A stretch of 64,000 nt of DNA from Lytechinus pictus (taxonomy: Eukaryota): contig NC_087246.1 of assembly GCF_037042905.1 (NCBI RefSeq), forward strand, positions 4,032,001 to 4,096,000, read 5' to 3'. Position 1 is the stretch's first letter; each line of letters opens with the position of its first letter. Of this stretch, positions 55,439-64,000 are shown piece after piece. The notes below the pieces were generated by a model. It did not search any database, was not told the DNA's origin, and saw only the letters and a program-made list of their open reading frames with translations. The translations under genes and the position numbers were made by a program.

Positions 55439-56403
55439 CTGCACTTCTCAACCATTTTTTTAATCGAGGACCACTTTGACTCTCAGATTTTTTCGAGGCC
55501 CACCAACCAAAATTTTTAGAAAACGTCCATTTGATGAAAAAATGTTTCGTGAAATTTGAACACAAAGCTCTGAAGCACATTGGAAACAAACAGTTTGAAA
55601 ACTAACCTGCGTTCACAAATGTCCGGTAAATGGGCAACAATTAACTACCTGTACATACACAATATGCATTAAAACCATCATAGTGTGCATGTGCATGCGT
55701 GCCCAGGGGGGCCACTTCCATTGACAAGTGGAAACCATGCACGACCATGGGTTCTCAAAAATCACCCTAAACACGTATTTTCCATATTCTGAAAATGCAC
55801 CCCTTAACAAGTATTGGCGTGTGAAATCCTACCCTTAACAAGTATTGAAAACAAAACGATACTCTTGGCAAGTATTTCCTGAATTGAACCCCTAAACAAT
55901 TACAGCGATATTTGTCACGGACGACAGTCGTCGGTTTTACCTTTAACTACATCATTGGGTTATGGCCCCACCTCCCGTAAATCGTACTCTAAACACGTAG
56001 TGTTGACTGTTGGGGCAAAAAGTACATCCTTTATAAAACATTTTAGTCCTAATTTTCTATACACTCGCAAATTTGACCCTGAACACGTACATGTAGCTCT
56101 TCTAGCAAAAATAGATACCCTTTTATCATTATTTTAGTGTTTTTGACACCCTTATTACCTATCTTTAAAAAGACACCCTTTTTACATGTTTTTTTGGTCG
56201 CGCATGGTATCCACTCGTCAATGTAAGTGGCCCCCCCGGGCATGCGTGCTTTAGTTTTATTTGACCCACGTAGACTGATCGGACATACTATGTTCGGACA
56301 GGTCTGTGAAATATACTATATTTTCTCCTATTTTTTTTCTCCCCTTTGAACTTCTCATGGCCCACCTGAGAGAGCTTCGCGGCCCACCGTTTGAGAAGCG
56401 CTG
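55439..56403. mobile_element. hAT (Charlie-like) MITE hosting a nested element
   Basis: 8-bp TSD GTTTAAAG (55431-55438, 56404-56411); ends CTGCACTTCTCAA ... TTGAGAAGCGCTG. Confidence 0.8.
55702..56240. mobile_element. Nested TIR element (CCC..GGG termini) with an 8-10-bp TSD
   Basis: TIR CCCAGGGGGGCCACTTCCATTGACAAGTGGA / TCCACTCGTCAATGTAAGTGGCCCCCCCGGG; flanks CATGCGTG on both sides. Confidence 0.85.
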
Positions 56404-57904
56404 GTTTAAAGTGTTCTGCCGTGCAACATTTATAAGCGAGCATGTACATTATTGGAATTACCTGCAATGTAGGTGCGCCATTTAATAAACCTGGGTAATT
56501 TCAGAGTGCAAATGCTTTTAAAGTGGAAGAGCACTTTAAGACTACATTAATACAATAACAGTTTAATTAAAGGTAAAACACATTGCAGTGCACTTTTAAC
56601 AAAGAGAGTACATTTGGCATTACACAGTTTCCATTTTTCTATTTTGATTGTTTTTTGTTTCAATATTTGTTACATGTGCATGTGTATCTGTTACATGAAT
56701 TTCTTTCATTCATTCTAATAGACTATGTTCATCAACAGATCAAATTCTTATTTATTACTTTAATTCATTTGTACGTTTTGTATATTCATTCATATTTATT
56801 TTCCTCTTTTCTCTTAGCTTTTATTCTCATTTTTGCTCATACCCCCTTCTCCCCATTGAAGTACTACTACTTAGCCTGATTATTATGTATGTAGGCTTAC
56901 AAAGACTGCTACTGTTATACTTTCCCTCCACTCTGAATATGAGCTATGATAATACAATAATGATGACAGCAAGCTGGGTTAGAATAATAATAATGGGTTG
57001 GGCTAATGGAGACAGCTGTTGTAGAAATTCATGCATTCTACCACCCATATCGAGCCAGCGTCTAATTAACTACAAGCATGCTACACTAATGGTGTGTGAA
57101 TTATTCAAATATAGACATTGGCAGATTTTCAATTGCTAAAACTGAATAAGTTTGAGGTGCAGGCAATCAATTTGATACCTAACACAGTCAATGTTGGATA
57201 GACATGTACATGCACAATGCACATGTATTCTAATTTGCTTTTTTTAATCAACCAATTATACAATATACATGTACATGGTGGCGTTTGACAATAATCTCAT
57301 GTCTTTGTGTATGTAGAACATATTTGGAATTTAGTTTTAAAAAAATATTAAATCACATTTTGAAATCTTTAATGGATTGAAAAGAATACAGAGAAAAGTT
57401 TTTATATCAAATTAATGAGAAAAGACAAGTGTATCACTGCTGGGATGGCAACAAAATACCTACATGTACATGTATAAGTGTCTTGAAAAAGATAGGGGCC
57501 AGATTCCATGATGGTTTTGAATGCGGAGTCTATTGACTAAAACTACAAAGAATGAAAAGGAGTCCAATGATGATTGTGGGCTTTTGTTTTGTCAACGGGG
57601 GCTACATGCATGCTTGTATACATAGTATGTTACAGTTTATTACACATGTAAGCTGAATGCAAACTAATTTGTAAACAATGGACTTATTAAAGATAAATAC
57701 CAGTATTGGTAACGATCTCAAAATGAGTTTGAGCAGAATCCAATGAAATGACCACCCAAGTGTTTGTATGCGTATTATAAATAAAAATATTGGCCAAATG
57801 GATCTGGAAAATAATGTGTAATTGCTGAGAAATAAGCAAAATAAGCATGGAATTCCATAAAATATCAGGTATTTTTCAAAACAATATAAATACACTGTCC
57901 CACG

Positions 57905-58184
57905 CACTGTGGATCCAGGGGGGGGGGGGGGGTGGCCAAACTGACCCGTGCCCCCCCCTTTTGAGAAGCACAGTTAAAATGTGTAATGTAAAAATGCCGT
58001 TAAAACAGAAGTGTGCACCCCCCTTTTGTTAGTGAAGAAATTTTTTTGTAAAAACTTCAAACTTTTCCATGGACGAAATGTCCTTAATTTTTGGTTAAAA
58101 ACCTTATTTTTGTTGCTTGTCAAATTTTTCCTCTTGAAAATGTGCCCCCCCCCCCCCCAAAGGAAAATCCTGGATCCGCACCTG
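57905..58184. mobile_element. hAT-type MITE with poly-G/poly-C sub-termini
   Basis: 8-bp TSD GTCCCACG (57897-57904, 58185-58192); GGATCCAGG ... CCTGGATCCGCACCTG. Confidence 0.8.
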
Positions 58185-58824
58185 GTCCCACGTATGCCTT
58201 TTTGTATCGGTTTTCAGCTAAGATGTCATGTTTTCACAAAAATAAGTTTTTATTTCAATGTACCAGAACTAGATGATAATATGGTGGCACTTAACCTTGA
58301 TTTTAAAGACTTTCTCTTTTTGGTATGGTATGGTATAATTTATTAAATCATGCATCTGTACAGTTTCATAACAGTGGTATTATTTTACAAAGTACACATA
58401 TATCACAGACTGAATGCAATAAATAACATAGTACAGCATAATTATAAATCCATATTTACGGTAAAAGCGTAATGTAGAACACACACATTAAATAATTTGT
58501 TTGCTGCAACTCGGTACTTTTTTAATGACCTAAGGAACAACTGTGAATGAGCAACTAGTGCCCTAACTGTGCTACATGTACAATTCATTATTGGACTCAT
58601 TTATAAAATACATGCATGCACTGAATTAAGCAAAAGGAATGTATGAAATATGTACATTTATAATCCATCAATTCCAAACCACTTTTATATTTTAGCTTAA
58701 AATGTTCAGGAGAGTGAACAGACATTGTTACCAACAGCGTTGATGCTATCACAAATGATAACGCCATGTCAAATTTAGCATTCTTCCATTTGGCACGAGG
58801 TGCTTTCAAACCATCATGAAAACC

Positions 58825-58905
58825 ACCACTACTAATACTACTACAACTACTAGTACTACTAATGTACCACCACCACTACTACCACTACTACCACTACTAC
58901 CACTA

Positions 58906-58952
<47 letters not shown>

Positions 58953-58986
58953 GCTACTACTACTGCTACTTAACTACTACTACTAC

Positions 58987-59048
<62 letters not shown>

Positions 59049-59072
59049 TTACTACTACTACTACTATTACTA

Positions 59073-59128
<56 letters not shown>

Positions 59129-59129
59129 G

Positions 59130-59209
<80 letters not shown>

Positions 59210-59268
59210 GCTGATACTACTACTACTACTACTAATACTACTACTACTACTACTAATACTACTACTAG

Positions 59269-59339
<71 letters not shown>

Positions 59340-59347
59340 ACTACTAA
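58825..59347. repeat. (TAC)n microsatellite, ~500 bp
   Basis: Direct inspection; source of the poly-Y/poly-T ORF 58862-59347. Confidence 0.98.
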
Positions 59348-62300
59348 GTACTACCATGGACCTACTACTCTGAGTAGTACATTGTAGGTCCACGGTAGTA
59401 ATAAAAAAATGTTCACCAAATCAATTAAATCTAAATACAAATGCGAGTACAGAAGTGTACATTGATTTTATAGATTTCCTTTTTTTTCAATCTCTTCTAT
59501 TTTTAATCTTTATCTTTTGAACACACCCACCTTGTAACAGGGCGTAACAGATTTACATGTATATGCTTAGTAAATAAAGCTCAATCAATGAATCAACCCC
59601 TAACCAAAGTTCATTCAGAACTATGGAAGTACATGTAATGGTTACTCCCAATACCAATGTATGTATGAGGTTTATACATCTCTTAATGTAGCCTCTGGAA
59701 ATGTCTGACAGAAGAGCATCAAGGAAATAATTTTCTTAAATTAAAATCTTAAGTTTACTTTTATAGATCAGATTGGGTTTTTAGGTGTAATTAGATGAGT
59801 TATGTCCTTCATTCACAGTATTCTTCCGTACATGTACACAAACAGGTTTGCAAACTAAAATAATCATATAATAAAACTAAGTAGATCTGTACATGTTTCT
59901 TAAGGTCTTTAATAGTCTAATTATAAACATTTTAAGGGCTAAAAATAACCTGTATTTTCTTCTTTGTTTATTGCATTATCCAGTACTATAAAGCTTTAAT
60001 ACCTTTTAAGATTTAAAAGCTATTTTTAGATTACCCTTTTTTCTTCTTTTTTTTTCCATCTGAGAACCCCCCCCCCCCCCCCCCCCCCGAAAACAGATAT
60101 TGGAGAATGACAGATTACACCTCTAAAATAATCCTTCCAGTGCAGGTTGCATACATCATGCTGCCTGGCATGAATGTAAACATTGTTTGAGGGTTTTTGT
60201 TTTTTCAAAAGGCATGGTGACCTTATCAATGTCTATTCAATTGAGACTACATGTATCTTAATGCTTTTTATACATCAAAGAATAAAATAGGCCTACATTC
60301 ACTTCAGGACACTACATTCAACTTTCCTACCTACATGTACATCAAATACTTGAGCTTGACAATATCAACAGAATATGTTACATAAAGTGTAAATTTTATC
60401 TACATTGTTTTTTAAGTTTCAAATACACCTGTATTCAAGAAAAACATGAACTTCAAATATGGACAAAAGCAGATCCAAAATCAGACTATGACTGGGTGCA
60501 AATGTGTCTTTATACACACTTGATTTGTAAGCAAAAAATTTTAAAAAGGTCATTGCTCATTTGTAATTTTTACAGGGTGTGCAAATAAAACAAAATGTAC
60601 AGTATGCTATAAATTTACACGGCTCCACACCTGATGTATACATGTAGCCTTGTAGGGCTTTAATGCAGAAAACATTATTTGTTAATTCTATGGTTCTATT
60701 TGTAGACCTGTATTCTTTGACATTACATTATGTGATTCTGTTAGATCTGCAACAATACTGCAATACATGTAAGTTCATGGTAAATATTCATAACAGGGCA
60801 TGTACGTATTGAATAATTGGCAATAACACTACACTGAGTCAACTTTAATAGGGGAAATATCAAAATGCTTCTGATATACCTGAATATCAATGCAGCTGCA
60901 TTCTTTAAACAAAATTGAATTTTCTCTTTCTTCTGTTCTTGGGAACAGTCTTCTTTTGTTTTGAGGTTGACATTTCAAGAGTAGGGGAGCTGTCAGTAGA
61001 GCATCCCGAATCTGACGTCACAAAATGTGCACTACATGTACATGTACCTGTACATACATGTATGTACATGTACATACACTGTAAAGCTCTAGCCACAGAG
61101 TTGGCTCTCATACCATTCACTGTACAAGTATGTATTTTTTTTATTGAGATTATAATTTTTAATACATGCATAATAATGTAACATCTTTCACAAGGAATAT
61201 AAAGTATTAGTTGTATGGTGGGAGAGGAACATGTACCGGTAGGCCTTTACATGTACATGCACATGTATGTACATGTACCTGTAGGCCTACATAATGAGTA
61301 TGAAATGAGTCATTTTGTCACAGTAGCCTATACAACTATCGCCCATGAATAATCAAGCAACATACATGTACATGCAGCCTCAACCCTAGTATCATAAAGG
61401 ATTGGAGAAGAGGCATTCCATCGTACATGTATATAAATGTATGTAGGCCTATGTGGTTTGTAATACATGTATGCATGCACAAATAAACCAGATCATTGCA
61501 CATTTGTACCAGGGAATTGTTAGAGATTCTGCATAATTCCATGAACAATTTCAATGGTGTACCATAATAATTCTGATGATGTCAGCCTCAGGAACCATTT
61601 AAAAGGGTGGGGGGGGGGGGGCTAGGGCTTTAAGTAGGCCTACCCTTCCCCACTTTTGTTAGCATATATATGTGTAAAAATTACCATCAAATATTTGATT
61701 TTTTGCATGTTCAGGTCCCTCTTTCAGAATCATTGTGCAGCCCCCTGAACCGTTTTGGGAATCTGTATCCTATATCATGGGCCTACTGTACAATGCAACA
61801 ATAGTCTTTTAAAAATCTCTCAATTACTACATGTTATTAAACCAAAAATACATGTACATTATGTTCTCGTTAAACATGTACATGTACACGTAGGTATACT
61901 GTCTAGATCTATATCTGACATACATGTACATGTATCTTTATTTTTATTGTGTAAGAAAGCGATTCAAGCCAAAAATGTAAGACAGTGAAAACCAGGTAAA
62001 AGTTGTGATCTAAAATGATATACATGTACTCAAGTTTAAGTTACGCACATGAAATGAAAATTATCAAATGTCTACTTTCATGAGCACAACACATACTATT
62101 CACAAGCAATTTCTACCAGAATCATTTAGCAAATAACGAGACACTTTATAGTGGTACGATATTTGTTTTAATAATTTTTGGCCGAATAAAAACTCTTTAT
62201 AATCTCTTTATTTTAAACATTCTATAAAAATCTGAATAAAAGCAATCAGGATACATGTTTAGACTGTATGTGTACATTCAGCAGGTGTTGTAGACTTCCA

Positions 62301-62439
62301 TTGTCAACTACAGTAATCAGCTGTGTCAATTGTCCTGTATTACTAATAGAAACGCCTAATTATCTTCTTGGAATGAATCATGATTATTAAACAGCTGATA
62401 TGCATTAGCCTTTTGACAAGGCCTCTTGACTTGGCTCTA

Positions 62440-62735
62440 TTCCTCGTCAAGCGGTGGCTGAGACGAGACAAGTGACCAACGAAGAGAACTGGCGATACCT
62501 GAGTGAGCGTGAGAGCGAGCGACTATAGTCGCGAGGCCTTTCGGAATCTGGTGAAGACGTGAATATTAGAATTATTCATAAGCATGCTGATGCGCCAATC
62601 CGCACCATCGGTGTCTATGACGTCATGGGACCGGGTTTATTTGCTTAGAACTGTGACACAGGGTCATACGTAGGGTTCATTGATGACGCTCGCTGATTGG
62701 CTGCTACCTCTCAGGTAGCGATTCTGATTCGTAAA
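62440..62735. promoter_or_regulatory. CpG-rich promoter/enhancer-like island in the large syntaxin intron
   Basis: CCAAT at 62595-62599, full CRE TGACGTCA at 62618-62625, half-CRE TGACG ~62684, inverted CCAAT (ATTGG) at 62696-62700; high CpG density against AT-rich flanks. Confidence 0.5.
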
Positions 62736-63526
62736 CAATGGTTAACATAAGAAATCTAAATCAGGTTCCTAAATAGTAAAGGCCCTGTGACTGAGCTCGA
62801 AATCCTGACACTCACTCAGTTTTTGCGAAGTCTTTTTTCCAGTCAGTACATGTAGGTATGTGATATAAATATCACAACAGACAGAAGGCTACTGTAGATA
62901 TGCATGTGCTGTAGTACCAAATCCAAACAAATTAAATCTGGGCTCCATTCTATGAACATTACACATATTATCACTACATGTGCAATAACATCCTTTATAG
63001 CAAAGAATACCTACATACATGTAGGCCTACATAAATGTGTATGTTAATGTACAGTAGGCCTAAACATGGGGTCAAATATACATGGTTTATCCCCCCCCCC
63101 CTCCAAAAAAAAAAGAAGACAAATGAAATAAAATAAAAACAAATACAAATTAAACAAAATAAAACCATGTAAATAAAGGTTAAAGAAAAATTTAACTTTA
63201 CAATTAAACAAACAGAAAAATAGGCCGACTAGTACTATGTAAACAATAAACTTGACAACAGAAACAAAGACACTACATGTACATAGGTACGTACATGTAC
63301 ATACATGTACAGGCCTATGTTATGATGAACATATTGTACTTTGGTATGGTTAGATGGGAGATTCTACATGTAGGCCTATACTTGAATGTACATTGTTGGC
63401 AACATAGGCTAGTATATATCCCATTATAAGAATAGAACAAGATGTATGATCTATAGGCAAAACATGATGCCAACAACCCCATAGAGGCATAGCCTATACT
63501 TGGAGTCTCTGTGTAGATGTATTTTC

Positions 63527-63741
63527 AGTGACACAACATTTACTCCAGCGACAATTGCTCCGGGCATTATTTCGTCTAAGATATAGGATTAGGGTTGCTA
63601 TATAGGGTTTTATGTTAGGTTTAGGGATAGGTTCAGTGAGTGTAGGGTATAGTGTTAAATCCATGGTTGAAGTTGGTCATTCCAATTAATGTGTGGAATT
63701 TGCAGCAGAGTAATTGATGCCAGAGCAAATGTCATGGAACC
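63527..63741. mobile_element. MITE with a telomere-like (GGTTAGGG-type) interior
   Basis: ACATTTACTCC/CAATTGCTCC at the left vs GAGCAAATGTCATGGAACC at the right; G/T-rich TAGGG-containing core. Confidence 0.5.
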
Positions 63742-63873
63742 GTAAATTCACCCCCAGTTGTCTGCACTATTTACTTCCAAAACACAGAGATTGTTACAAT
63801 GACATGTTCTGCAATTATCTACTGAACTTGTTTCAAATGTTTTCTTTGAATTCACAGAGTATGAAGGACTTAC

Positions 63874-63973
63874 TTTCATCTGCTTGTGGTGCTGAGAGGA
63901 TATCACTGTGCTTCTTCTTTACTTCATCCACATTCTTTGAGATCTTGTCAATATTATTTCTCACCTCTTCCAC
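63874..63973 (-). CDS. Stx1: Syntaxin-1 coding exon (Ha helix), first exon visible in the window; gene continues beyond the right edge
   Basis: Minus-strand translation [36 protein letters not shown] acceptor at 63976-63974, GTAAGT donor at 63873-63868; 100 bp. Confidence 0.96.
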
Positions 63974-64000
63974 CTGCACAATTGATAATAAATCAAAAGA

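Noticed and set aside
58862..59347. 161-aa poly-Tyr/poly-Thr ORF (mucin-like)
   Set aside because: Translation of a (TAC)n microsatellite, antisense within an intron

Overview
AT-rich, intron-dominated eukaryotic genomic DNA, most likely a sea urchin (inferred from the syntaxin protein sequence and the repeat types). The only protein-coding gene I can support is a syntaxin-1 (plasma-membrane Qa-SNARE) on the minus strand. Eight canonical GT-AG coding exons from 63973 down to 18881 join in frame to 252 aa plus stop, covering Habc, linker, SNARE helix and transmembrane anchor; the N-terminal exons lie beyond the right edge of the window. Nearly all ORFs in the supplied track are chance or repeat-derived. 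The introns and 3' flank hold many non-autonomous transposons: TTAA/Kolobok-type, hAT-type and Harbinger-type MITEs, two Helentron/HINE-like elements, tRNA-derived SINEs and an L2-like LINE remnant, several of them nested. There are also minisatellites and a long (TAC)n tract. The most unusual structure is a ~3.67-kb near-perfect foldback (giant inverted repeat) element at 36116-39786 inside the 28.8-kb syntaxin intron. Other leads are a candidate stop-containing micro-exon that would give soluble syntaxin, a CpG-rich CCAAT/CRE promoter-like island in the large intron, and a strong local enrichment of TACATGTA/TAGGCCTA palindromes. I found no prokaryotic-type system (CRISPR array, operon).
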